This document shows, in pieces, positions 1 through 8,160 of a stretch of DNA of 27,298 nt. The stretch comes from a virus. Its lineage: Duplodnaviria > Caudoviricetes. The notes beneath the pieces are model-generated. The model was not told where the DNA came from and did no database searches. It worked only from the letters and a program-made list of their open reading frames with translations. Where the stretch lies: the IMG/VR virus record IMGVR_UViG_3300030098_001574, positions 1 to 27,298 of that record. One strand, written 5' to 3'. Positions within the stretch are counted from its first letter, which is position 1. The number at the start of each line of letters is the position of its first letter. The translations under genes and the position numbers were made by a program.

Positions 1-702
1 AAGAACTCATGTATCTTAGTTATCTCAGATACACACATACCCTATCATCACAAGGACTCTATAGATTTTCTTAAAGCTATAAAAAGAAAATATCATCCAG
101 ATAGGATTATACATATAGGAGATGAAGTAGACTCACATGCTATTTCATTCCATGATTCAGATCCTGATTTACATAGTGCAGGTGATGAACATAAAGTATC
201 TCTACCTGTAATAAAAGAGTTAGAAAAATTATTTCCAGTTATGGATTTGCTAGACTCTAATCATGGTAGTCTAGTCTATCGTAGACAAAAAGCTAGTGGT
301 CTACCTAGAGCTGCTATGAAAACCTACAATGAATATTTAGAAGTAGGTGATGGTTGGGTATGGCATGATGACCTAATGATTAGAATGTCTAATGGACAAG
401 ACTGTTATTTCTGTCATGGTAAGTTTGCTAATGTATTAAAAGTAGCACAACAATATGGATGTCCGACAGTCCAAGGACACTATCATAGCTCTTTTAATAT
501 CCAGTATTGGGGTAATCCTAATAGTTTAAACTGGGGAATGCAAGTAGGATGCCTTATAGATTCTGACTCATTGGCATTTGAATATATGAAAACACAAAAG
601 TCTAGACCAATTATAGGTTGTGGTATAATAATAGAAGGCATACCAAAACTTTTACCTATGGTCTTAAATAAAGGTGGAACATGGAATCAGAAACTGACTT
701 AG
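1..702 (+). CDS. Calcineurin-like metallophosphoesterase (5' truncated by window edge)
   Basis: Frame 1 is open from base 1: ILVISDTHIPY (DxH), HIGDEVD (GDxxD), DSNHG (GNHE-like), FCHG, GHYH. The track ORF at 241 is only the C-terminal part. Confidence 0.85.
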   Translation, partial: KNSCILVISDTHIPYHHKDSIDFLKAIKRKYHPDRIIHIGDEVDSHAISFHDSDPDLHSAGDEHKVSLPVIKELEKLFPVMDLLDSNHGSLVYRRQKASGLPRAAMKTYNEYLEVGDGWVWHDDLMIRMSNGQDCYFCHGKFANVLKVAQQYGCPTVQGHYHSSFNIQYWGNPNSLNWGMQVGCLIDSDSLAFEYMKTQKSRPIIGCGIIIEGIPKLLPMVLNKGGTWNQKLT

Positions 703-863
703 AATATTTAACAGAACCCAAGCATGGTCTGAAACTATCTAAGAAAAAACTATATTTATATATCAATTCATCTAGGGGAATCTATGCCGAAATCAAACTC
801 AAACCAGAACAATGTATCGAACTTGCAAGACAACTACTCAACGCCAACTATCAACTTAACTGA
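681..863 (+). CDS. Hypothetical protein (60 aa)
   Basis: ORF with AGGTGG upstream, overlapping the previous gene's end; fits operon packing. Confidence 0.6.
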   Translation: MESETDLEYLTEPKHGLKLSKKKLYLYINSSRGIYAEIKLKPEQCIELARQLLNANYQLN

Positions 864-873
864 GGAGCCTACC

Positions 874-1203
874 ATGTATGAACCAATGAATAATAGAAGA
901 TATGGAGTAACAAAGAAGTATCATCACAATAATAAAAAACATTATGTGAATGTACAGTATGATACTAAAGCACTACCAAGAGTAGTAAGAATCTTTAGTG
1001 ATTCTAAATATGGAACTGAATACGCAGATATGTGTATAGATCTATCACATGATATAACAGAAAGATTACAAACATATGGTAATCCTGAAACATCATTGAA
1101 AAGAATGGCATCACAAACGCCAAGAAGATCTACTGGTGAACCTACAACTATTAAAGGTTTAATAGTAGATGAATTAATTAAATCATATTACCTGGAGGAT
1201 TAA
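874..1203 (+). CDS. Stand-alone TSCPD-like (class II RNR C-terminal-like) domain protein
   Basis: GAGGAG at 862-867 favours ATG 874. Pattern NRR.G.T.K...KHYVNV.Y...SK.G.E...LQ.YG...R.STGEPTTIKGLIVDEL resembles NrdJ C-terminal domain homologues. Confidence 0.5.
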   Translation: MYEPMNNRRYGVTKKYHHNNKKHYVNVQYDTKALPRVVRIFSDSKYGTEYADMCIDLSHDITERLQTYGNPETSLKRMASQTPRRSTGEPTTIKGLIVDELIKSYYLED

Positions 1204-1320
1204 ATGGATTTTGACACTATAAAAGAAATAGCTAAAAATAAATGGGATCAACTTAGTAAACCTTATCAAGCAGGCATTTGCATTGTATTGATAGTACTTT
1301 TAGTTTTTATTATTGCATAA
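1204..1320 (+). CDS. Small membrane protein (38 aa), not in ORF track
   Basis: GGAGG SD; MDFDTIKEIAKNKWDQLSKPYQAGICIVLIVLLVFIIA*; stop overlaps the amidase ATG (TAATG). Confidence 0.7.
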   Translation: MDFDTIKEIAKNKWDQLSKPYQAGICIVLIVLLVFIIA

Positions 1321-1742
1321 TGGAACTTCGTGGATCTACTGATTACATAGTTATACATTGTTCTTATACCAAACCTAATATGGATATTGGTTTAAGAGAG
1401 ATCAGGGATTGGCATGTCAATGATAATGGATGGCGTGATGTAGGCTATCATTATATTATAAGAAGAAATGGTGAAGTAGAGTTAGGTCGCAATGTAAAAG
1501 ATACAGGCGCACATGCTGCTGGTTACAATCACAAAAGTATAGGTATAGCTTTAGTAGGTGGTATGGCAGATGATAATTCTACAGAAGATAATTTTACAGA
1601 TAAACAATGGACGACTCTATTAGATCTTGTTAAACAAAAATTAATAGATTATCCAGACGCAAAAGTAATAGGACACAATGAGATTAGTGAAAAGGATTGC
1701 CCTTGCTTTGATGTACAAAAATGGAAAGAAGATAATTTATGA
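1320..1742 (+). CDS. N-acetylmuramoyl-L-alanine amidase (T7 lysozyme-like endolysin)
   Basis: IVIHCS, GWRDVGYHYII, GAHAAGYN, SIGIALVGG, GHNE..KDCPCFDV Zn-amidase motifs; start reassigned to ATG 1320. Confidence 0.92.
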   Translation: MELRGSTDYIVIHCSYTKPNMDIGLREIRDWHVNDNGWRDVGYHYIIRRNGEVELGRNVKDTGAHAAGYNHKSIGIALVGGMADDNSTEDNFTDKQWTTLLDLVKQKLIDYPDAKVIGHNEISEKDCPCFDVQKWKEDNL

Positions 1743-2146
1743 ATCCACTAATGTTAATTAAACCATTGTTAGGTTTAGGTAGCAGTCTACTTGGTAATCC
1801 TGTAGCAAAACTTATAACAGAAAAAACTGTCGGAGCTATAACTCATAAGCTAGAAAAAGATAAGATAATAAAAGCAAAAGAGATCGAAGCTGCTAAAGAA
1901 GTAGATGTAGCTAAGATTAGTGTACAGTTAGAACAAGTAAAACAAACTGCTAACTCATGGAAAGATGAATGGCTAGTTCTTTTTTTCTCAATAATTTTTA
2001 TAATGCATTTCCTTCCCTGGACTCAAGGATATATGATTACAGGTTGGGAGATACTAAAATCAGCTAATGATTACTTCTGGATTATTATTCTTACTATTGT
2101 AGGCGGTAGCTTTGGAGTTACAACATTAAGTAAATTTAAAAAATGA
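1739..2146 (+). CDS. Holin-like membrane protein
   Basis: Follows the endolysin (ATGA overlap); two C-terminal hydrophobic helices after SWKDEW; basic C-terminus. Confidence 0.6.
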   Translation: MNPLMLIKPLLGLGSSLLGNPVAKLITEKTVGAITHKLEKDKIIKAKEIEAAKEVDVAKISVQLEQVKQTANSWKDEWLVLFFSIIFIMHFLPWTQGYMITGWEILKSANDYFWIIILTIVGGSFGVTTLSKFKK

Positions 2147-2370
2147 TTTGGATTATAACTGCTATGCTGTGGTATGAAGGTGTAAATGTACCACACCATA
2201 CTGAGTATAAACTAAAAGAATTTAATACAAAAGTAGAATGTTTAGACTATGTATTCTGGAACAAAACAGAACTTGTAACTAAACTTGCAGAAGATAAAGG
2301 AACTAAAAACGGTAAGAAATTAAAGACCTGGACATTCTACTGTGAGAATAGACAATTGAAAGAAGTATGA
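2143..2370 (+). CDS. Hypothetical exported/membrane protein
   Basis: Hydrophobic N-terminus, two Cys, ATGA coupling. Confidence 0.65.
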   Translation: MIWIITAMLWYEGVNVPHHTEYKLKEFNTKVECLDYVFWNKTELVTKLAEDKGTKNGKKLKTWTFYCENRQLKEV

Positions 2371-2711
2371 AAATATCAGACAACACTTCTGTATCTATGC
2401 CTATGCGTAACTTGCTCAGTATCGTAGGAGCTTGTATTGTAGGAGCGTGGTTTGGATTCGGAGTAATTGAAAGATTAAATATTATAGAAACTGAGTTGCA
2501 GCTAATGCAGCAGGACTTGCTTGAGGCATCTACACAAAAGCCTATCGATCAAGAGCAGTTTATGTTATTGGAGTTTCTATCTAAGGAACAAGATAAACTA
2601 AAAGAAAAAGTAGAAGCTGAAGTACCTAACATTAAAAAGAATGATATGACTATCCAGTTTCACGAAGAAAGAATAATAGATTTAGAGGAAAAAAACGGAT
2701 ATCATGATTGA
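2367..2711 (+). CDS. Membrane-anchored coiled-coil protein
   Basis: TM segment LLSIVGACIVGAWFGFGVI followed by a heptad-rich region; coupled start. Confidence 0.7.
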   Translation: MKISDNTSVSMPMRNLLSIVGACIVGAWFGFGVIERLNIIETELQLMQQDLLEASTQKPIDQEQFMLLEFLSKEQDKLKEKVEAEVPNIKKNDMTIQFHEERIIDLEEKNGYHD

Positions 2712-2922
2712 AATAGTATTTGCTATATTGATGATCCAGAATGGAAAGGTTATTGAATATGTCCCTACGAGCGGTATGGCTGACTGCCTTGAACAGAAAC
2801 GCATTGTTACAAGACAAATCGGTGAGAGTCAGGAAGGCATATCTATGTCCTGCAAACAAGTCAAAGCAGAAGTCGAAATCGATATGGGTGATCGTAAGCG
2901 AATCATTAAAATTTTAGACTAA
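2704..2922 (+). CDS. Hypothetical protein
   Basis: Hydrophobic N-terminus with two Cys; overlapping start; last gene of the + block. Confidence 0.65.
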   Translation: MIEIVFAILMIQNGKVIEYVPTSGMADCLEQKRIVTRQIGESQEGISMSCKQVKAEVEIDMGDRKRIIKILD

Positions 2923-3227
2923 CGATTCTTAGTCCACTTAGTTCTTTTTTTCTTTCCTGTTTTAATATCATCCCATTCTCTTCTAACCCAAGCTGGATCA
3001 ACACCAGCTAAATGACAAACTGTATTGAAGTCTAGAGATGGAGACTCTAACCAAGCACGAGCAAGTTTAACATCATTTGCCCAAGGCACTTTATGTTTAA
3101 CTTCTTTCTTTTTTGTATGACCAAGATGATCTTGTTCATAAACATACTTTATAGGCACTTCACGACAAGCATCAGTAAATTGCTGTGCTATAACTGCTAC
3201 CCATAAATCTTGCTCTGGTGTTGTCAT
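2919..3227 (-). CDS. Conserved phage hypothetical protein
   Basis: PEQDLWVAVIAQ..DA...ARAWL...DFNTVCHLAGVDP pattern; start MTTPEQ at 3227 is coupled to the upstream stop. Confidence 0.7.
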   Translation of the reverse strand: MTTPEQDLWVAVIAQQFTDACREVPIKYVYEQDHLGHTKKKEVKHKVPWANDVKLARAWLESPSLDFNTVCHLAGVDPAWVRREWDDIKTGKKKRTKWTKNR

Positions 3228-3412
3228 TGACTCATCTTCTCCTTTATTTTTTCTAGATATACAACAGCATCCATTAGTTCTTCTTGTGTATCTGTTATCC
3301 AATCTATCAATGGTTTCTGTGCAGTACGCATAGTGTTACCATACTTTATGATACCATCATTAGATCTATCCAACATACGCATACAAATCTTTTTGACCAA
3401 TGGATCTGTCAT
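3224..3412 (-). CDS. Small phage protein, possibly MazG/dNTP-pyrophosphohydrolase-like
   Basis: GIIKYG...WI...QEELMDAVVYLEK acidic helix motif; function is tentative. Confidence 0.6.
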   Translation of the reverse strand: MTDPLVKKICMRMLDRSNDGIIKYGNTMRTAQKPLIDWITDTQEELMDAVVYLEKIKEKMSQ

Positions 3413-3732
3413 ATAGCACCACTTTTAAATAACGTCTGAAACTGAGAACATAATGTTTGGTTATCTTCTCTATGAAAATTATTGCGTAGTGTTTTATGCT
3501 GCGCTTGTTGTATCGCTGTGAGATGTTCTTTGTATTCTTTAGTTTGTCTGGCCCAATGTTCTTTCATTGAACCAGATAAATCAGACGGAGCTTTGAATAC
3601 CTGTTCAGCAAGTACAGTCTTAAGATATTCTTTGACTGCTGCATACTGAGAAGCCTCTAGTGCATCACGATCCTCATTGTCAAAGTTTTGCTGTAAGGCT
3701 TTTTCCATAGCCTCTTGTGATATGATAGTCAT
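3409..3732 (-). CDS. Hypothetical helical protein
   Basis: 107-aa ORF with AGAAAGGA SD. Confidence 0.75.
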   Translation of the reverse strand: MTIISQEAMEKALQQNFDNEDRDALEASQYAAVKEYLKTVLAEQVFKAPSDLSGSMKEHWARQTKEYKEHLTAIQQAQHKTLRNNFHREDNQTLCSQFQTLFKSGAI

Positions 3733-3744
3733 TATGATCCTTTC

Positions 3745-4263
3745 TTAAAATGGTTTTTCGTCTAGCTCATCCCAAGTTTTATCTTGATTCATTTCTTTAC
3801 CAAGTGATTGAAGTTTCTTTCTGGTATCCATAGCTTTCTCGTAAGCTGTAATACCATGACCAATCCACTTAGCTATTTCGTCAGCAGTATCTTTGAACTG
3901 CACACCCTTTTCGTGATGTAAATGACAAGCTAGTTCTGTGATACGACCAGCTAATCCAACTGCAATCATTCCGATTTCTTTTTCGGTAGGTTGTGGGGCA
4001 GGTGCAGGTGTTCCCTGCCCACCAGTATCCTCACTGATATCTTTGTCTGGTGCTTCTACCTTGAATGCTGTTGCATTACCATTACGTTCTTGTCCGTAGT
4101 GTACCAATACCTTGTCACCAACTGCTACCTGCGGATCAAACTTACAATAGAACTTAATCTTTGTTCCGCTTTGATCTAGTACAACAGGCATAAACCATTG
4201 ATCTTTGCCTGGTTTAGGTGGTGATAGATAATCTACTGTACCTACTGATTTATTTGTTTCCAT
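3745..4263 (-). CDS. Putative single-stranded DNA-binding protein (OB-fold-like)
   Basis: Start METNK at 4263 with AAGGAG SD; beta-rich N-terminus, Pro/Gly linker, acidic tail WDELDEKPF; next to an exonuclease. Confidence 0.55.
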   Translation of the reverse strand: METNKSVGTVDYLSPPKPGKDQWFMPVVLDQSGTKIKFYCKFDPQVAVGDKVLVHYGQERNGNATAFKVEAPDKDISEDTGGQGTPAPAPQPTEKEIGMIAVGLAGRITELACHLHHEKGVQFKDTADEIAKWIGHGITAYEKAMDTRKKLQSLGKEMNQDKTWDELDEKPF

Positions 4264-4276
4264 ATATTTCTCCTTT

Positions 4277-5005
4277 TTAATTGTTCCAATTCTCTTGAGC
4301 ATATTTACGATCCTCCTCAGACCATTTGAATCCATCTGTATTTAATGGAATCATTCTTTTAAATGTCTTTATGTTTGGTACTGTCTTCATAAATAACTCT
4401 AGAGATTCAAACGAATTTATCATAGTTTCATAATTTCTCATAATAGTTTCTTCATCTAATTCAAATACTGCTGACTTCTTATGTGAGGCATAGACTAGTG
4501 TAGCTGGTTTGCCTATGAGTACAGAGTACAAGGACTGCTGTCTGACGTGATCCTCTCTTGGTTTAGATGGTACAGCTAACGTAGCCTTCGTATCCACAAT
4601 CATATGTTCCCATTCAAAGTCAGTTACAGTAGTGATAGGATGCTCTAAATTGGACAAGGAGTGACGTCTATAGCGTTGGAAAAGGTTAGGTACTCCAAAA
4701 TCAGGAAAGTGTTCTTTGATAGCGTTTTGAAGGTTTATGGCTATACTGCCTACTTTGTCTGTTTCATCGTGCCATTCACCGTGAAACTGATTAACCATAT
4801 GATTCGTTGAATGTTCAACTATATCTTTATCAGATCTATTAAAGAATAAACCCAAGGCGCAGCCGAACTCAGCTGAATGACCCATACCCATACGAGGTGT
4901 AGTCTCAGTCTCAACACCCATAAGATTTCTAAATACCCATAGAGATGGATTGTTATACCAATCATTACCTCTACTAGCACTGTGTCTGTAATCGTGTATT
5001 TTCAT
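4277..5005 (-). CDS. PD-(D/E)XK exonuclease (RecB/Cas4-like family)
   Basis: HSAS N-terminal motif, TDF..., IVDTKAT, HVRQQSLYS (QxxxY). Confidence 0.8.
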   Translation of the reverse strand: MKIHDYRHSASRGNDWYNNPSLWVFRNLMGVETETTPRMGMGHSAEFGCALGLFFNRSDKDIVEHSTNHMVNQFHGEWHDETDKVGSIAINLQNAIKEHFPDFGVPNLFQRYRRHSLSNLEHPITTVTDFEWEHMIVDTKATLAVPSKPREDHVRQQSLYSVLIGKPATLVYASHKKSAVFELDEETIMRNYETMINSFESLELFMKTVPNIKTFKRMIPLNTDGFKWSEEDRKYAQENWNN

Positions 5006-5034
5006 TTGCTATCCTTTCTCGAATAATTTATATT
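5006..5034 (+). promoter_or_regulatory. Sigma70-like promoter giving a probably leaderless mRNA for 5041
   Basis: TTGCTA(5006-5011)-17 nt-TATATT(5029-5034); +1 would fall at or near the A of ATG 5041, which has no SD. Confidence 0.55.
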
Positions 5035-5040
5035 TTTTAT

Positions 5041-5532
5041 ATGTCTAATTACGATCAACCATTTCCTAATTATAATAGAGAAATAATCGTAACTCAACCA
5101 AATAAAAATAAACCTGCACATATTGTTAACATAAGAGAATCAAGTATTGAAACCATGTTTCATAAGAAACACATAGATGCTATACAGTATCATGCTGGTT
5201 CTATATTTAGGCGTAAGTGGGAAATGGCCCAACTTATATCTAAACCAGAAGTAAAGATAAGAGTAGATCAATCTATCAATATGTCTGTACCTGATGCTAA
5301 GCTAGATGCTATGAATGATCTTAATAGATTATACTATCAAATAGGACAGAAGTCTTATGATATACTTGAATATGTTTGTGGTTTAGGTCATAGTCTTAAA
5401 CATCTAAATAAAAAATTTAATTTCCCTAGATCTTATGGTGGTCATAGGTTCAGAGAATCTCTTGATGAAGCTGCCATATTCTATGGATTGAAAGACAAAG
5501 GTAATACTATACGTGGCAATAAGAAACGCTAA
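5041..5532 (+). CDS. Putative transcription regulator/antiterminator (DUF6456-like)
   Basis: SIETMF.KKHIDAIQYHAG..FRR.WE.AQL and C-terminal ILEYVCG.G.SL...FRESLDEAA.FYG pattern seen in alphaproteobacterial phage regulators. Confidence 0.55.
   Translation: MSNYDQPFPNYNREIIVTQPNKNKPAHIVNIRESSIETMFHKKHIDAIQYHAGSIFRRKWEMAQLISKPEVKIRVDQSINMSVPDAKLDAMNDLNRLYYQIGQKSYDILEYVCGLGHSLKHLNKKFNFPRSYGGHRFRESLDEAAIFYGLKDKGNTIRGNKKR
5069..5097 (-). promoter_or_regulatory. Sigma70-like promoter for the exonuclease/SSB block
   Basis: Minus strand TTGAGT(5097-5092)-17 nt-TATAAT(5074-5069). Confidence 0.55.
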
Positions 5533-5782
5533 ACATTTAAAGAATGTTAGGGAGTATCCCTGTTCTTATTGTCGTACTGACCAAGACATACAGGCACACC
5601 ATCTTACTCATATCAAACCTAACGGTATGTCCATGAAGTCTGATGATTGCTGGGTTGTACCTTTGTGTCCTATGTGTCACTATCATCTACATCACTACGG
5701 TGAACGTAGGTTCTGGAGAGAACGTAACCTTGAACCAGGAATCTATGCAGCAATATTATTTAAAAAAACTCTTGACAATTGA
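5513..5782 (+). CDS. DUF968/Ref-like HNH-type Zn nuclease
   Basis: PCSYC, QAHH, GMSMKSDD.WVVPLCPMCH..LH; GTG start. Confidence 0.75.
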   Translation: MAIRNAKHLKNVREYPCSYCRTDQDIQAHHLTHIKPNGMSMKSDDCWVVPLCPMCHYHLHHYGERRFWRERNLEPGIYAAILFKKTLDN

Positions 5783-5812
5783 TATTCAATAACTTACTAA
5801 TTGTGATATAAT
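5772..5812 (+). promoter_or_regulatory. Promoter upstream of 5832
   Basis: Perfect extended -10 TGaTATAAT (5804-5812); a TTGACA at 5772-5777 is too far from it to be its -35. Confidence 0.5.
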
Positions 5813-5831
5813 TGCAACAGGTGTATCAAAA

Positions 5832-6074
5832 ATGAAACAAAACAAAGACTTAAGTAAATCTGATTCGTATGCAGCTACCTTAGATTTGGACCAACTAACT
5901 CGTACAGTCAAACAAAGTATGAACTGTCCTGAGAAAGTAGCTCGTGCTATCGCTGGTTTAATATCAGCTAAGATTTATCTTGAACTTGTTTGTAAAGAGG
6001 AAGACTATCAAGAGTATCTAGTGGAACTAGAAGAACAACTTGATATGCATGATGAAGAAAAAACTATCCATTGA
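5832..6074 (+). CDS. Hypothetical acidic protein
   Basis: 80-aa ORF with AGGTG SD. Confidence 0.7.
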   Translation: MKQNKDLSKSDSYAATLDLDQLTRTVKQSMNCPEKVARAIAGLISAKIYLELVCKEEDYQEYLVELEEQLDMHDEEKTIH

Positions 6075-6405
6075 TGGCAAGAAAATAAAGGTACATTGTA
6101 CCGATATCACTATTGAACTAAGAGAACCTGAATTTGCTGATGACAATCTGACTGATTGTTATGGACATTTTCTAAAACGTAAGAACCTAATACAAATTAA
6201 CAAGGGTCTATCCGACATTGACGAGGCGAATACTACCTTACATGAACTGATGCATTGCATAGCTTGGTTGACTAACGAAACCAATGAAGGTGCATTAGCT
6301 AACGACACAGCAGAAGAACGAGTAGTCAATAACTTTACCAACTATCTTATTGGTATCTTCCGTGAAAATAAATGGCTGCTTGATTACTTCAAAGAAAAAT
6401 TATAG
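6049..6405 (+). CDS. HExxH zincin-like metallopeptidase-domain protein
   Basis: CYGHF...LIQIN....EANTTLHELMHCI...EERVV; start at ATG 6049 or 6052. Confidence 0.7.
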   Translation: MMKKKLSIDGKKIKVHCTDITIELREPEFADDNLTDCYGHFLKRKNLIQINKGLSDIDEANTTLHELMHCIAWLTNETNEGALANDTAEERVVNNFTNYLIGIFRENKWLLDYFKEKL

Positions 6406-6406
6406 C

Positions 6407-6614
6407 GAGAGAGTGCCTACAGGGGCAGTTTCGTAGATGAGATATCTCTAGACCTATACACTCTCTCCATCCATTGATCATTGGAATATTTTAACAAGGT
6501 GTGGGTACGCCAAAGCCATTAAACCTGCCTCCTAGGAGGATGTACCGAAATGGTTTCGAAGGCGTTAACTGGTCACCTCTATCCGTAGTTGATCTTGTAC
6601 TCGTCAGTACCTAC
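6407..6614. other. Structured convergent intergenic region (three stem-loops)
   Basis: GAGAGAGTG/CACTCTCTC (6407-6467); long irregular hairpin AGGTG/CACCT, ACGCC/GGCGT, AGCCATT/AATGGTT (6497-6578); GTAG..GTACT/AGTAC..CTAC (6585-6614). Confidence 0.65.
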
Positions 6615-6618
6615 AGAA

Positions 6619-7143
6619 TTACTTTTCAGGTAAAGCTATCTTGCTATAACCTAATTGTATATTTGCTTTCTTCTTTAATACATGACCAATAGTCTTGAAC
6701 AACTGTTCAGTCTCAGATCCTGCTGACCATATATAATCTTGAAGCTCTTGATGTACTGTATCAAGATGTAATAAAGCTTCACCCTCTGGTGTTTTATTAA
6801 ACTCTTTCTCAATAACATCTTGTGCTAAAGCCCTTAACTTTCTCTCTACTGCAGCATAATCATTTTCACTATACCAACTAGTCGAATCACCTTGATCTTT
6901 ATACATTTGATTAATAACATCTTGTAGTTGTTCAATCATTGTATGATAATCTTTTTCCAACTGTTTTAGTGTAGCTAACTTCTTATCAAGTTTAACTTTC
7001 TTTAAGAATTCTGGAAATAACTTCTTAGCTTGTGTTGTTTTCTTATCAGCTAATTGTAATTCGAATCCTTGTTTCTCATTACGAACAAGATCATCTACTC
7101 TTTGAAGTAAATACTCTCGTTGTCTCTCTGACATTTTACTCAT
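6619..7143 (-). CDS. Hypothetical coiled-coil protein
   Basis: 174-aa ORF with AGAAAGGA SD. Confidence 0.8.
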   Translation of the reverse strand: MSKMSERQREYLLQRVDDLVRNEKQGFELQLADKKTTQAKKLFPEFLKKVKLDKKLATLKQLEKDYHTMIEQLQDVINQMYKDQGDSTSWYSENDYAAVERKLRALAQDVIEKEFNKTPEGEALLHLDTVHQELQDYIWSAGSETEQLFKTIGHVLKKKANIQLGYSKIALPEK

Positions 7144-7324
7144 TGTTTATCCTTTCTTTCTTTATTGTTTTTATTTCGTCATACTTATCTTGAACTAAGA
7201 TATGTATAACTTTCTTTTTTGTTAGACCAGTATTCAAACAAATGTAATCTAACCAGTCTGTTATCTCCGCATGTTCTTGTGGAGTTACGTTGATGGCAAG
7301 GTATTTCCAACCATCTTTATTCAT
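7136..7324 (-). CDS. Small protein, possibly ribbon-helix-helix-like
   Basis: YLAINVT strand followed by two helices; overlapping starts and stops. Confidence 0.6.
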   Translation of the reverse strand: MNKDGWKYLAINVTPQEHAEITDWLDYICLNTGLTKKKVIHILVQDKYDEIKTIKKERINNE

Positions 7325-7643
7325 TGATAGGTTCTCTATCTACGAGAGCTGCCTTACCAATTATAGTTGGATCCATACTCATTCTTTGTTCTTGATCCAA
7401 CCATTCTTGAAAGTATTTAGTAGCCAATGCGTTATACTCTTGACCACTAAGTCTACCTTCTTCATCAATATACAAATCATAATTCTTATCATTGTATCTT
7501 GCGCCTGTGATCTCAATCATCTCACAAGATAAATGTTTGTACATACCGTTGTCACCTTTAAACTCTGGTCCATCAGTACCTTCAACAATTACATCGTAAG
7601 GATTTTTATCTACAGGTATTATTGTTACTTTAAATTTATTCAT
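7317..7643 (-). CDS. DUF3846-like protein
   Basis: Start MNKFKV at 7643 (GAAAGGA SD); MIEI....DLYIDEEGRL...YN.LAT...IIGKAALV pattern. Confidence 0.7.
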   Translation of the reverse strand: MNKFKVTIIPVDKNPYDVIVEGTDGPEFKGDNGMYKHLSCEMIEITGARYNDKNYDLYIDEEGRLSGQEYNALATKYFQEWLDQEQRMSMDPTIIGKAALVDREPINE

Positions 7644-7661
7644 ATGTTTTCCTTTCATTGG

Positions 7662-7880
7662 TGGGGGAGAGTGAGGTCTAACTGGGTGGTAAGATTCTCT
7701 CCCCCATAAAAGGCGACAGTTGAAGAGGTCGCAACTACTGCCGCCCATTACGGTGACAACTATAAAGAAGGACTAAATAATTGTCACCTATCAAGATGGG
7801 AATAACAAAACCCATCAAGAATATTATATAGATGCAGTGAGAAGATAGCACTCATTAACGGTACTAGGTCTCCCACTGCA
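7662..7880 (-). other. Array of five non-identical stem-loops
   Basis: Stems at 7662-7706, 7712-7745, 7752-7788, 7795-7816 and 7833-7880; A-C oppositions on + read as G-U on -. Confidence 0.7.
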
Positions 7881-7896
7881 CCAACCATGGTATATG

Positions 7897-8142
7897 TTAT
7901 ATGTACTTTGGTTTAGCTACAACACTAAACGCAACTTTAGGATCATCAACATAGTTCTGTGCTTCTTCTTTACTAATCATTTTATTGATTTCAATCATCA
8001 ATGAATTAGTAACTTGAATAGGCATATAACCTTTGATCCCAGAGTGTACAGGTTTACCAGTCGAAGTATCCCATTCATTGACAGGATAAGCTTTGATGTA
8101 AACTTCTTGTTCCATATCTGGATTTATTACTGGATTGCTCAT
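7897..8142 (-). CDS. Hypothetical protein
   Basis: 81 aa with AGAAAGGAG SD. Confidence 0.75.
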   Translation of the reverse strand: MSNPVINPDMEQEVYIKAYPVNEWDTSTGKPVHSGIKGYMPIQVTNSLMIEINKMISKEEAQNYVDDPKVAFSVVAKPKYI

Positions 8143-8160
8143 TGTTTTTCTCCTTTCTTT

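Noticed and set aside
4277-5005. Cas4 as part of a CRISPR system
   Set aside because: Lacks the four-Cys Fe-S cluster and any CRISPR context; an ordinary phage PD-(D/E)XK exonuclease.
7760-7780. Hairpin-3 loop as antisense to the RBS of gene 25870
   Set aside because: Only AAAGAAGG (8 nt) is shared, which is expected by chance in AT-rich sequence.
7662-7880. Possible CRISPR mini-array
   Set aside because: Stems share no repeated sequence, spacing is irregular and no cas genes are present.
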